64,000 nt of DNA, from contig SCUL01000002.1 of NCBI GenBank assembly GCA_004297205.1, positions 530,893 to 594,892 on the forward strand, given 5' to 3'. Below are positions 26,104 through 35,607 of this stretch, piece by piece. Origin of the DNA: Patescibacteria group bacterium. GTDB lineage: Bacteria; Patescibacteriota; Patescibacteriia; 2-12-FULL-57-11. Below the pieces are notes generated by a model. It worked only from the letters and a program-made list of their open reading frames with translations. It ran no database searches and was not told the DNA's origin. The position numbers and the translations under genes were made by a program. Position 1 is the stretch's first letter. The number at the start of each line of letters is the position of its first letter.

Positions 26104-26132
26104 ACCATACCAAAAAAAGCCGATTTTGTCAA
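26104..26132 (-). promoter_or_regulatory. sigma70 promoter (TTGACA-17-TGgTATGGT) with a 108-nt leader
   Basis: The minus strand reads TTGACA aaatcggctttttttgg TATGGT. The architecture is nearly identical to the promoter at 22731-22760. Confidence 0.55.
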
Positions 26133-26175
26133 CCGTCATCTGAACACCCGTTCAACCCCATGTTACAATCCCGCC

Positions 26176-28071
26176 ATGCCCAAAAACCCCAAAATCATAC
26201 TTGCCTCCGGTGCCGCCGTTTTTGTCGTCCTGGTCATGGCCTTGGCCGGCTGGAAATGGGCCCACGGCGCCTACAACGGCATTGATTTGGCGTATTTCTC
26301 CCAGGCCGTCTGGAACACGGCACATCTGCGGCCGTTCGCCTTCACCATCCACCCCGGGCTCACCCTCGGCGACCACGCCGAGTGGGTCCTCGTCCTCTTG
26401 GCGCTTCCCTACGCCGTACTGCCCCACCCCTTGCTGCTTGTCTTCATCCAAGCCGGGGCGCTGGCCGCCGGGGCGCTGGCCGTGCATCGAATAGCGGCGC
26501 GCCCACTCCCGTCCGGCTGGGCGCTTGGCGCGGCGCTGGGGTATTTGTTCCTGCCGACCATCGGCGGCGCGGCGTTGTTTGAATTCCACGCTTTGGCGCT
26601 GGCCGTACCGTTGCTGCTTTTTGCTGCCGACGCCTTTCTTGAAAAACGTTTCTTCCGGTTCCTGATCTTCCTCGCGGCGGCGCTGCTCGTCCGCGAAGAC
26701 GTGGCCCTGGTCGCGGCCATGTTCGGCATCATCGCGGCAATGGAACGCCGGCCGCTGCGCTGGATCCTGGCCCCGCTCGTGCTCTCCGCCGGCTGGTTCG
26801 TGGCGATGCTGCTCGTCATCAAGCAATTCTCGGTCGGCGGCGGTTTCAAGTTCTTCGCCTACTACGGTTGGCTGTGGCCGTTCGACCTCGGCGTCTTCGT
26901 CCGACATCTCCTGCGCCTGACGCAGCTCGAATTCCTGCTGGCGCTGCTCATGCCCGTCCTCTTCTTGCCGCTGCTGCGGCCGAAGTGGCTGCTGCTCTCG
27001 TTGCCGGGCTGGCTGCTGCTGGCACTCTCCTCCTCCGGCGCCGGTGCGGGATTGCTTGGCACGCATTACGCGCTCTTACTGATCCCGGGCTTCGTGCTGG
27101 CGACGCTCGACGGGCTCGCATGGGCACGGCAAGCCGTGCCCCTACAGCGAATATTGCCTGGGACGCATCGTGAACGCGTGATCGCGCTCGTACTTGCCAC
27201 GGCCGTCATCTTCTCTGCGGTCGCGCTCGGACCGTTCGTGCGCGGCGCCGTGATCGTCGCGACAAGCCCGAAGAACGCGGCTCTCCCGCAGGCGCTGGCC
27301 CTGGTCCCGCCCGAGGCTTCGGTCGCGGCGAGCGCGCGTTTCCTGCCGCATCTCGCGCAGCGCAGCGAGTTGTACGCGCTCCATTATCTCATGCTCGGCA
27401 CGACGCAATTCGCCGAAGCGCCATATGACGTGCCCGCGCCGGAATTCTTGCTGTATGACGAGTCGGACCTCCTGGCTTGGCACGCCAACTTCCCGACGCT
27501 CGGTTGGACGCGCGACCGCTATCGCCCCGGCTTTGCCCGGCTGCGCGCGCTCATCGACCGTGGCGGCTACGGCGTCGTCTTCCGCGACGGCGGCATGACC
27601 CTCTGGCAGCGCGGCGCGCCACGCCCGCAGCTCACGGGCGCACCTGAAGGAAAACGGGAAGGAGCGCCGGGCATCCGCATCGTGGCGCTGCGAGAGCCGT
27701 CCTTCTGTCCGGGACGCGCCGGCATCTGTCCCCTCTTGGTGTTCACCTCGGACGACGTACGCGGCGACGACCTTCTCCTGCGCTTCTACGAAAACAAAAC
27801 GGCGCCGCGGCTCATGACCTTCGGCGTCGTTCCGACCTTCTCGTGGGCGGCGAACATTCCGATCACCGTTCCTGTCACCGTGCTGTCACCGGACGTCTCC
27901 GGCCCTGTTTCTTTGGAACTTGTTTCCGCGGAAGGTGATTTGATACTGGACCCGTTGGGCACGGCCGCCGTCTCCTGGCGCGAGGTGCGCGCGCAGGGTC
28001 CAGCCGTCACGTTCACCCCTTCGCAGCTGCCCGCGCCTTCCGCCGCGCCCGCTCCCGACGCAAATCCATGA
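26176..28071 (+). CDS. DUF2079-family polytopic membrane protein (putative glycosyltransferase-like)
   Basis: 631-aa multi-TM protein with the YFSQAVWN...GDHAEW...FEFHALAL pattern. TACAAT lies 6 nt upstream of the ATG. The 3' end overlaps the convergent GT2 gene by about 59 nt. Confidence 0.6.
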   Translation: MPKNPKIILASGAAVFVVLVMALAGWKWAHGAYNGIDLAYFSQAVWNTAHLRPFAFTIHPGLTLGDHAEWVLVLLALPYAVLPHPLLLVFIQAGALAAGALAVHRIAARPLPSGWALGAALGYLFLPTIGGAALFEFHALALAVPLLLFAADAFLEKRFFRFLIFLAAALLVREDVALVAAMFGIIAAMERRPLRWILAPLVLSAGWFVAMLLVIKQFSVGGGFKFFAYYGWLWPFDLGVFVRHLLRLTQLEFLLALLMPVLFLPLLRPKWLLLSLPGWLLLALSSSGAGAGLLGTHYALLLIPGFVLATLDGLAWARQAVPLQRILPGTHRERVIALVLATAVIFSAVALGPFVRGAVIVATSPKNAALPQALALVPPEASVAASARFLPHLAQRSELYALHYLMLGTTQFAEAPYDVPAPEFLLYDESDLLAWHANFPTLGWTRDRYRPGFARLRALIDRGGYGVVFRDGGMTLWQRGAPRPQLTGAPEGKREGAPGIRIVALREPSFCPGRAGICPLLVFTSDDVRGDDLLLRFYENKTAPRLMTFGVVPTFSWAANIPITVPVTVLSPDVSGPVSLELVSAEGDLILDPLGTAAVSWREVRAQGPAVTFTPSQLPAPSAAPAPDANP

Positions 28072-28759
28072 GGTAGTCGCGGATGGTGCGATACAGATTG
28101 ACCGTGCTCTTGCGCCGCTTGTCGCGCGCTTCGACCCAGGACACCGGAATTTCCGCCAGCCGCATGCCGGATTCTTCCGCGGCGAGCAGCAACTGCGTGT
28201 CGAAGAACCAGCCCGGGTGGTCGACCCGGGTTTTCAGTTTCTCCCAGGCCTCGCGCCGCACCGCCTTGAAGCCGCATTGCGCGTCGCGCGCCTTGAGTCC
28301 GGTCGTGAGCCGGGCCAGCAGGTTATAGCCGCGGGAGGTGATTTCCCGCAGCAACGAACGGTCGATTTCCGACATCGGCGCGAACCGCGAGCCGTAGGCC
28401 AGGTCGGCGCCGCGGCTGATTTCGCCAAGCAGGTGCAGGAGCGCCATCAGGTCCACGGAGAGATCGGCGTCCATGTAACAGAGCGTGTCCTCGGACGCCT
28501 CGTTCCAGGCGCGCTGCAGTGCCCGGCCGCGGCCGGACGCGTCCAGATGGAACCAGCGGATGCGCGGGTCCGCCGCGAGTGCAGCGGCAACGGCGGGTGT
28601 CGCGTCCGTCGAACCGTTGTCGGCGATGCAGATGCTCCAGCGGCCGAACGTCGGCATGCCTTCCAGAAAACGGACAAGCAGACGCACATTCTGCTCAAGG
28701 ACGAGCGCTTCGTTCTTGGTGGGCAAGACGATCAAAAACGAGCGGGCGGGCGCGGACAT
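28013..28759 (-). CDS. family 2 glycosyltransferase (polyprenyl-phosphate glycosyltransferase, DPM1/GtrB-like)
   Basis: LIVLPTKNEALVLEQNV...CIADNGSTDAT...YMDADLS matches the GT2 DXD pattern. ATG 28759 lies 2 nt after the upstream stop. The track start 28765 is TTG. Confidence 0.75.
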   Translation of the reverse strand: MSAPARSFLIVLPTKNEALVLEQNVRLLVRFLEGMPTFGRWSICIADNGSTDATPAVAAALAADPRIRWFHLDASGRGRALQRAWNEASEDTLCYMDADLSVDLMALLHLLGEISRGADLAYGSRFAPMSEIDRSLLREITSRGYNLLARLTTGLKARDAQCGFKAVRREAWEKLKTRVDHPGWFFDTQLLLAAEESGMRLAEIPVSWVEARDKRRKSTVNLYRTIRDYLMDLRRERARRKARAAAKG

Positions 28760-28761
28760 AA

Positions 28762-30405
28762 TCAACGCGATCCAGCGTACTCCTCGACGGCGAAGATCGC
28801 CACTTGCCCCGCGCGGTAGATTTCATGGAATCCCGGGCCGGACGGCTCCCATTTCCAAACCTCGCGCTCCAAGGGACCGATGTAGACGTGGGTGACGCCG
28901 GCACGTCTCAAGAAACGGTGGCGCGCCGCGTCATCACGTGCCTGGCCCGCGAGCCAGACGAGCGCGTCGAGCTTGGACTCGATCGCCACCGTCTCCGCCC
29001 AGTGGCCGGCGTAGACGGTGCGCGCCGTCATGGCGGCGATGCCGTTGGCGCGCTCGGCCACGGCCACAATGACCGCGTCTTCCGGCAGCGTTTTGCGGAT
29101 CCACGACATGGCCGCGCGGTCTTCCGCGGAGATCCAGACCGGGAAGGGTTGGGTGAACCAGGCTGACGTGGACAACAGGTTCATGGCACCGCTCGCGGCG
29201 AAGAGCAGGAAGAAACTGGCTGTGGCAAAAACGCGTCGGACCGGACCGAGCGTCATTCCCGGGCGCGTCGCAGCAAAGGCCTCCCACAAACGCAGGAGCT
29301 CCGGCGCGACCAAAAGAGCGAGCGGCACCAGCAACCCCTCCGTCATTTTCCGTTGCCAGGGAATCGGTGCATAAACGAAGGCGGCGTGTACCAGAAGCCA
29401 AGCAGCAAGAAAGCGCCAGGTCGGCGTGCGCACCAGACGCCCGCGCCACAACGTGATGAGTGCAAGCGGCAGAAACGCGCCGGCGGCGACCAGCACCGCG
29501 GACAGCCCCGGCATCGGAGTCTGGTTCAGACTGTTGCGCAGAAGCGTCGTCACGTCGGTCAGCGACAGCCAGCCGTAGGGAAGCGCGCCGAGCAGACCGG
29601 CGGCGCACAACACGGCGATGCCGCCGAGCAGCGCCCAGAAGCGTTTCCCGGTCGGTGCCAGAGCGAGCCAGCCCGCGCCGGAGACGGCGAGGACGACCGG
29701 CACGTAGTACGGGTGGAATTGCCCAAGCAGCGCAAAGACCGCGGCGGCGAGGCCGAGCCAGCGCCAGGACCGCGTCCGTGCAAAGCGGTAGTCGGCGGAG
29801 ATGACGGTGACGAGCGCCGCGAGCGACAGGACGAAGTGCGGCGAGGATAGTGCGGACAGCAACAGCGTGGCTTCCGGTACCCACAGGTCGATCGGCAGAT
29901 CCATTCCCTCCGGCGGCAGGCCAAGGAGTGACCGGCCGACCACCCACCAGGCGCCCCAGCCCGCGCCGAACGCTGCGAGCAGCAGGAAGACGCGCCGGGT
30001 GCGCGCGTCATCAAGGAAGGTCCGACCGGCAAAGACGAGCGCCCCGACGGCAACGGGGATCGACAACAGGCGGCTGAACGGAAAAATCCACTCGGGACCG
30101 AGCTGCGTGACGCGGGCGATGAGTCCGACGGCCAGCCACGACAGGTTCAGGAAACGGTGCGGCTGCGGTTCTGTCGTGAAGACGTCGCGCAGCAACCAGT
30201 GTCCTTGGCGGACCTGTTCGATGTAGGCGTAGTAGACGCCGGTGTCGCTGCCGATGAAAGGCAGGGTGCCGGAAGGCGCGGCCAAGATGCGTCCGGCAAG
30301 CTCCGGCAGCGCGGCCAGCGCGACAAGCGCCAGCGCGACAAGCGCGGCAAAGCGCAGCTCACTGCGCCGTTCCGGAAGGAAGCGCATAGATGATGCCGTC
30401 GGCAT
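28762..30405 (-). CDS. GT-C-type polytopic membrane protein with C-terminal periplasmic domain (ArnT/PMT-like, putative)
   Basis: 547-aa protein with about 12 TM helices and a soluble C-terminal domain. It is a paralog of the upstream gene. The start is ambiguous: ATG 30405 or ATG 30387. Both overlap the upstream gene. Confidence 0.55.
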   Translation of the reverse strand: MPTASSMRFLPERRSELRFAALVALALVALAALPELAGRILAAPSGTLPFIGSDTGVYYAYIEQVRQGHWLLRDVFTTEPQPHRFLNLSWLAVGLIARVTQLGPEWIFPFSRLLSIPVAVGALVFAGRTFLDDARTRRVFLLLAAFGAGWGAWWVVGRSLLGLPPEGMDLPIDLWVPEATLLLSALSSPHFVLSLAALVTVISADYRFARTRSWRWLGLAAAVFALLGQFHPYYVPVVLAVSGAGWLALAPTGKRFWALLGGIAVLCAAGLLGALPYGWLSLTDVTTLLRNSLNQTPMPGLSAVLVAAGAFLPLALITLWRGRLVRTPTWRFLAAWLLVHAAFVYAPIPWQRKMTEGLLVPLALLVAPELLRLWEAFAATRPGMTLGPVRRVFATASFFLLFAASGAMNLLSTSAWFTQPFPVWISAEDRAAMSWIRKTLPEDAVIVAVAERANGIAAMTARTVYAGHWAETVAIESKLDALVWLAGQARDDAARHRFLRRAGVTHVYIGPLEREVWKWEPSGPGFHEIYRAGQVAIFAVEEYAGSR

Positions 30406-31951
30406 CGCGATAGACCTCGGTCATCTCATGATCGGCGGCGAAGCGCGCCGCCAATTCCTCATGATCGCTGTCGACGAAGGCGTAAGCGGCGCCGAAGTCG
30501 CGGGCCATCTCCCGACCGATGCGGTCTTCGCCCTCGCCGCGCGTCTCGCGCACCCACTGCCAGTACTTCTCCTTGTTCCGTACGTACATGAATGACGGGT
30601 CGAGGCCCACCAGGTACCGCACGCGGGTGGTGTGCAGGAAGAAATACGGAAAGTCGTCCCAGTCGTTGTGCCAGAGGATCGCCCCTTCCGGCGCGTTCGC
30701 CTCCAGCCAGGCGGCGGCACCGGAGTACTTGCTCGACGGAATGCCGGTGTCGAAGTCGTTTTTCAGCGAGCGCAGGTCGCGGAACAGGATGAGCGGAATG
30801 AGGAAGGCCAGGGCGACGAAGATGGGCACGCGCTGCCAGAGGCGCAGCCGCAGGAAAACGTCGAAGAACTTCCGCCAGTCTGCGGCCGAAACCAGGCGCG
30901 TCGCAAAGACCACGAGCGCGGCGGCGGCGAGCGTCGCGAACGGCACGAAGTACTCGACGTTGCGTCGAGAGCGGGCCGCGAGCACGAAGAAGCCGACCGC
31001 GAGCACCGTGAGCCAGAGCGCGCGCCGCCGTTCCCGCGCCGATGCCGCGTCGCGGAAGACGCGGCCCTGCGTGACGCCGGCAGCGACGACGAGGGCGACG
31101 ATGCCGGCAAGCAGGAAACCGAAGACGAAGGAGGATTGCGCGACAAGCGCCAGCGGATCCGTCGGGTACCACTCGCCGCCGACGCCGATCTTGTCCTTGA
31201 ACCCAATAATGCCGATCTGCACGATGTGCAACCACGAGAAACGTACGTTGTCCGGGAAGTACGGATTGGCGACAAGCGCCACGAGCGTACCCGTCGAGAT
31301 GGCAACGAGCGGCGAGAGCGCGGCGCGCCACGTCGCAAGACGGCGCAGGGCAGGCGGTCCCGCGGCGACGGCAGCCTCGATCAACGACGCCGCGGCGTAG
31401 GAGCCGGCAATGATGAAGAAGAGCGGCCAGCCGTTATAACTCCAGACATAGAGCGCCGCGAGCAGTGCCAGAACGAAAGGCTTCTTGCGGTCGATCGCGG
31501 CGATGGCCATGAGCACGAACAGCACGGAGAAGGCCGGCGCCTTGGCCAGGTTGATCCGGAACCCGAACGGGTTGTTCAAGAGGAGCAGCAGTCCGGCCAC
31601 CGCACCGACGCGCGTCGATCCCCACGATGCCACCAGGAGGAAGGCAGCCGCGGGCACCAGCGAAGCCAGGATCAGCGTCGCGAGCTGGATGCCTTCCACC
31701 GATCCGAGCGCCGCCACGAACGGAACGAGCAGGAGATGATAGCCCCAGTGATGGTCCACGTAGGCATCGGCGAAAACCGTTTCCGTGAGCCATGGGAAAT
31801 CACGCACCCCCGGGGTGCGCGTCATGAGCTCCGCCATTTTGGCATGATAAAAAGAGTCCGGATCGGGGAAATATCCGGAAGACGTCAGCACGGCATTGAG
31901 GACGAACGCGGCGGCGAAAATCGCAAGCGCGATGAGGAGCCGTTTGCGCAT
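30359..31951 (-). CDS. GT-C-type polytopic membrane protein (paralog of 28762-30405)
   Basis: ATG 31951 (MRKRLLIALAIFAAAFVL) lies 6 nt after TATACT on the minus strand. Multi-TM protein with a C-terminal domain (AILWHNDWDDFPYFFLH). The track start 32047 is rejected. Confidence 0.6.
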   Translation of the reverse strand: MRKRLLIALAIFAAAFVLNAVLTSSGYFPDPDSFYHAKMAELMTRTPGVRDFPWLTETVFADAYVDHHWGYHLLLVPFVAALGSVEGIQLATLILASLVPAAAFLLVASWGSTRVGAVAGLLLLLNNPFGFRINLAKAPAFSVLFVLMAIAAIDRKKPFVLALLAALYVWSYNGWPLFFIIAGSYAAASLIEAAVAAGPPALRRLATWRAALSPLVAISTGTLVALVANPYFPDNVRFSWLHIVQIGIIGFKDKIGVGGEWYPTDPLALVAQSSFVFGFLLAGIVALVVAAGVTQGRVFRDAASARERRRALWLTVLAVGFFVLAARSRRNVEYFVPFATLAAAALVVFATRLVSAADWRKFFDVFLRLRLWQRVPIFVALAFLIPLILFRDLRSLKNDFDTGIPSSKYSGAAAWLEANAPEGAILWHNDWDDFPYFFLHTTRVRYLVGLDPSFMYVRNKEKYWQWVRETRGEGEDRIGREMARDFGAAYAFVDSDHEELAARFAADHEMTEVYRDADGIIYALPSGTAQ

Positions 31952-32077
31952 GACACCAGTATATAGGACGACTGAAGAAAAGAGAGGCTTGAAACAAGCC
32001 CCTCCCCCTACGAATCTCTGCGGACCACGGGCCTTGCCGGTCCTCACCCAGCATGGATGTGAGGACCAGCAGGATCC

Positions 32078-33142
32078 TCAGGGAGGACCCAAGGCCTTTT
32101 TGAAGTGGTCTACCCAGGGATTCGGTGAAGGATTGACGCGGTGCGCCATAGCCAGGAAGTAGGCGGTGTGCCCGCCGAGCATCAACAGTTCCATGGCTTG
32201 CGCGAGCGGCGCGCGTTCGGTGAGTTTGAGTTCTTCGACGGTCACGCCGTTCTTGCGGAAGACGTCGGCCGTGAGCGGGAAGCGTGCGGCGACGCGCGGC
32301 GCGTAGAGGCCGGAGCGCACCAGAACCGCGGTGAGATGTTGAACGGAGGTCTTTGGGAAGCCGAGTCCTTCCATGAAGTGATGGTTGAGTTCCGGCACCG
32401 GCAGCCAGAACGCCAGGTGCTTGGCCGTCTCGTTCGTCATGTTGGTGACGGCGTGGACCGCGCCTTCCAGGTGCTCGGCGCCGCTCCAGAGGATCGCTTT
32501 GTTCACGAGCCGTGCGGCCAGGCGCTTGGCGACGTTCCTGAGCATCGGGACATCCGGCGAAACCGTGCGGACCGTAGCGCGCAAGGCGCGGATGGCGTCG
32601 GACGCTTCAGCCGCGGACAACGTGAGCGTCTTGGCGCGGCTCAAAAGCGCGGCGACGCCGAAGACGGAATAGCCCAAGCCCAGCCGCGGCCGGTTGCCCG
32701 GGTTGAAGCGTGAATCAAAAACCAAAGTCGGCGCTTTGAGGCGACTGAGCGCGGCAGCCAGCGGACCGCCGGCGCAAATGCCGACGAGTTTTGCCTTGCG
32801 TCTGCGAGCGACTGTAAGCGCGGCGAGCGTCTCCTCCGTGGTGCCGGAGTAACTGGAAAGGACGACCAGGGTGTTGCGGTCGACGTCGCCGGGCAGATCG
32901 TAGCCGTTCACGACGCGCACCGGCACGCGGAGCTTGGCGCCGAGCGCCGAGGTCACGATGTGCGGCCCGAGCGCCGAGCCGCCCATGCCGGCGATGACGA
33001 CCGAGCGTGCGCCCTGCGGGACGCGGGCGGCGAGTCCGCTCTTCCAGGCGGATGCGGCTTGTTCCGCAGTCAGCGCCAAGGCCTGGCCGATCCCGTCCGG
33101 GTCGAGCCGCGCGCGCAGTTTTGCGGAGTTCACGTCCTCCAT
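32078..33142 (-). CDS. bifunctional phosphoglucose/phosphomannose isomerase (SIS domain)
   Basis: SIS motifs VVIAGMGGSALGP and LVVLSSYSGTTEETL. Length and profile match the PGI/PMI family. The ATG lies 1 nt after the upstream stop. Confidence 0.65.
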   Translation of the reverse strand: MEDVNSAKLRARLDPDGIGQALALTAEQAASAWKSGLAARVPQGARSVVIAGMGGSALGPHIVTSALGAKLRVPVRVVNGYDLPGDVDRNTLVVLSSYSGTTEETLAALTVARRRKAKLVGICAGGPLAAALSRLKAPTLVFDSRFNPGNRPRLGLGYSVFGVAALLSRAKTLTLSAAEASDAIRALRATVRTVSPDVPMLRNVAKRLAARLVNKAILWSGAEHLEGAVHAVTNMTNETAKHLAFWLPVPELNHHFMEGLGFPKTSVQHLTAVLVRSGLYAPRVAARFPLTADVFRKNGVTVEELKLTERAPLAQAMELLMLGGHTAYFLAMAHRVNPSPNPWVDHFKKALGPP

Positions 33143-33143
33143 A

Positions 33144-34316
33144 TCAAAGGGGCGATTTTTGTTTGGTCTTGATGGCGGCGATGATGGCGGCGCGTTCGGC
33201 GGCCAGTCCGATCATGGTGGCGCCGATCAGGATGCCGTCGCGTTCGTAGAGTTCGACATGCTTTGTGCCGTCGGAGACGACGCGCGGCGTCGCAGTCTCG
33301 GGCCGGTCGCCGGCCATGGCGATGACCATGTCGAAAATGTGCGTCGAGTATTGTGACACGTTTTCAAAGGTGCGACGAGCGCCCGCCATGTTCTGCGCAG
33401 CGCAACGTCCCTGCTGGTCGGCGTTCAGCCAGTTGCCGAGCTGCCGGCGGCGTCCGGCGATCACATCGTCGAACTCCGCGCCGTCTCCCGCCGTCCAGAT
33501 GTCCTGTTGTTCCGTTTCCAGCTGCGCGTTGGCGCCGATGCCGTCGTTGTGCGGAACGCCGTCCGGTGCGGTCGAGTCGAGTCCGAGCCCCACACCGACC
33601 GCGGCGACCTCCAGGGAGGAAGCGTCGGAGAGCGCGAGCAGGAGACCGTTCGCCGTCTTCTCCGCACCCGTCACTTCAACGTTGCGGTGGATGACAACGC
33701 CATGCGACTCCAGCAGCTTTTCGATGACGGCCGATCCTTCCGGCGTCACGGTGCGGTGCCAGTAGCGCGGGCCGCGCAGCAGCAGATGCGTCTCAATGCC
33801 GTGTGGGGCGAAGAACGGCGGGAACTCCAGGGCGATGAATCCGCCGCCCACGACCGCAGCGCGTCGTGCTCCCTCGGGCAGCGCCGCCACCCGCGCAACT
33901 TCCTCCCGGATCCTGTCGGCATCATTGAGCGTGCGGAACGGCAGGACGTGCGGAAGCCCCGCAAACGGCGGCGGCACCGTGGCTTGTCCGCCCGTTGCGA
34001 CGAGCAATTTCTCATATTGCCACCGTGCGCCGTCGTCGAGGGCCAGCTGATGCGCCGCCGCGTCGACGGACACGACCGTGCGGCCGCGCAGAACCTCGAT
34101 GTTCTTCGTCGTGTACTGTTCCCAAGTGCGCAAGAACACTTTCTGGCGCGGCAATTTGCCTTTCACGTAATTCGGCAGGAGGACGCGGGAGTACAACGGG
34201 TAGTCCTCAGCCGAAACGATGACGATGCGCGTCTCCGCATCCAAGGTGCGAAGCGTCTCCGCGGCGACCGTGCCTGCCACGCCGCCGCCGACGATGAGAT
34301 AACGCGCATGATCCAT
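33144..34316 (-). CDS. FAD-dependent pyridine nucleotide-disulfide oxidoreductase (ferredoxin/rubredoxin reductase-like)
   Basis: N-terminal GxGxxG (YLIVGGGVAGTVAAE) and a second dinucleotide motif AVVGGGFIALEF. Confidence 0.7.
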   Translation of the reverse strand: MDHARYLIVGGGVAGTVAAETLRTLDAETRIVIVSAEDYPLYSRVLLPNYVKGKLPRQKVFLRTWEQYTTKNIEVLRGRTVVSVDAAAHQLALDDGARWQYEKLLVATGGQATVPPPFAGLPHVLPFRTLNDADRIREEVARVAALPEGARRAAVVGGGFIALEFPPFFAPHGIETHLLLRGPRYWHRTVTPEGSAVIEKLLESHGVVIHRNVEVTGAEKTANGLLLALSDASSLEVAAVGVGLGLDSTAPDGVPHNDGIGANAQLETEQQDIWTAGDGAEFDDVIAGRRRQLGNWLNADQQGRCAAQNMAGARRTFENVSQYSTHIFDMVIAMAGDRPETATPRVVSDGTKHVELYERDGILIGATMIGLAAERAAIIAAIKTKQKSPL

Positions 34317-34417
34317 AGACCTGGCGGCATCTTACACGCAGTGACATCCGCAGCAAGGCTCCGCCTGTGCATATCTACAAACAAAAGAGCGGCCACGCGG
34401 TCGCTCTTCCACATTCG

Positions 34418-34678
34418 TTACGCGGGATACACTTGGTTGCCGGTCTCGTCGTAGATGAAAATCGCGAGTGTCGGGCACGACTGCGCCGCGAGGATGAGGG
34501 TGTCCTTCTGCTCCTCGCTGATTTCGACGACGCGCTCGTAGGCGTGGTCGTCCGGCGGTTCGCCGGGAACGTAGGCCTTGTTCTCGGCGTTCAGCTGGAA
34601 ATGCGTCGGATCGATGGTCACGCAGGACGCGGCACCGATACACAGGTCCGGATCGACTTTGATGGTGAACTTCGGCAT
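34418..34678 (-). CDS. ferredoxin (single Fe-S cluster type)
   Basis: 86-aa protein with CIGAASC...C cluster ligands. Confidence 0.7.
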   Translation of the reverse strand: MPKFTIKVDPDLCIGAASCVTIDPTHFQLNAENKAYVPGEPPDDHAYERVVEISEEQKDTLILAAQSCPTLAIFIYDETGNQVYPA

Positions 34679-34693
34679 AACGCCGAGAATGTA

Positions 34694-34963
34694 TCACGCT
34701 GCCGTATCCTCGTAAACCACCTGCTCCACCTCGGGAACGCGCTCGCGGATCATGTCCTCGGCCATGATGCCAAAGGTCATGGCGCTCATCGGGCAGCCAT
34801 TGCAGGAGCCACTGAGTTTCAGGAGCACCTTTTTCCCGGAGACGCCCAAAAACGTGGCGCCACCACCGTGCATTTCCAAGGCCGGGCGGATCTCGTCCAA
34901 GACCGCCTCCACGTGTTCGCGCCAGGGATGCTCCATCTCGATCGGCTGCGTCATCTCATCCAT
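34694..34963 (-). CDS. NifU C-terminal-domain (Nfu-type) Fe-S assembly protein
   Basis: LKLSGSCNGCPMS motif. Start chosen at ATG 34963; the 34999 codon is TTG. Confidence 0.65.
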   Translation of the reverse strand: MDEMTQPIEMEHPWREHVEAVLDEIRPALEMHGGGATFLGVSGKKVLLKLSGSCNGCPMSAMTFGIMAEDMIRERVPEVEQVVYEDTAA

Positions 34964-35600
34964 AGTACTTTTCCTTATAGAACCGGATGAGCTGTTCAAC
35001 CTCGGTGCGGACCTCTTCCGAGGCGCCCACGCCCGCCTTCAGTTTCTTCTGGACGTCTTCCAGCGTGACCGCGCCTTCCAGCACGGCTTCCTCGATGTCC
35101 TTGTCGGTAACGCCGGTGGCAGGATCAACGACGCGTGCGCCGTCCACCTGGATACGCTCCACCTGGCCGGTGGCGCGGAACCAGTCGTTGGCCGCCTTGC
35201 GGAAGGCTTTGTCGACCAAGACCGAACAATGGATCTTGCGGTTCGGCAGTCCGCCGAGCCGCTTCATGACGTCCTGCGGGCGCAGCTGCACGGCGTCGGC
35301 AAGCGGCATGCCGCCGTTCTCGGACACCATCACGGAAAACATGGAGGTCGCGGCGATGGCCGAGCCGCAGCCGAAGGTCTTCCACTTCATGTCGGAGACG
35401 CGCTCCGTGGCTTTGTCGATCTTGAGCCAGACGTGCATGACGTCGCCGCAGGCCGGCGAGCCGACCACGCCGGACGCGTCAAACGATCCTTCCGTCGGTT
35501 CATCGAGCAGGAGGTTGCGGGGATGGAAGAAATGGTCTCTCACCGTCGGGCTGTAGACCCAGCGTTCGCCGGTGCGTTCATTGCGGATGTCGTCGGACAT
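34956..35600 (-). CDS. IscU/NifU-type Fe-S cluster scaffold with C-terminal extension
   Basis: GSPACGD...KWKTFGCGSAIA...IHCS matches the IscU cysteine triad. ATG 35600 lies 7 nt after the NifS stop. Confidence 0.7.
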   Translation of the reverse strand: MSDDIRNERTGERWVYSPTVRDHFFHPRNLLLDEPTEGSFDASGVVGSPACGDVMHVWLKIDKATERVSDMKWKTFGCGSAIAATSMFSVMVSENGGMPLADAVQLRPQDVMKRLGGLPNRKIHCSVLVDKAFRKAANDWFRATGQVERIQVDGARVVDPATGVTDKDIEEAVLEGAVTLEDVQKKLKAGVGASEEVRTEVEQLIRFYKEKYYG

Positions 35601-35607
35601 ATGGTTG

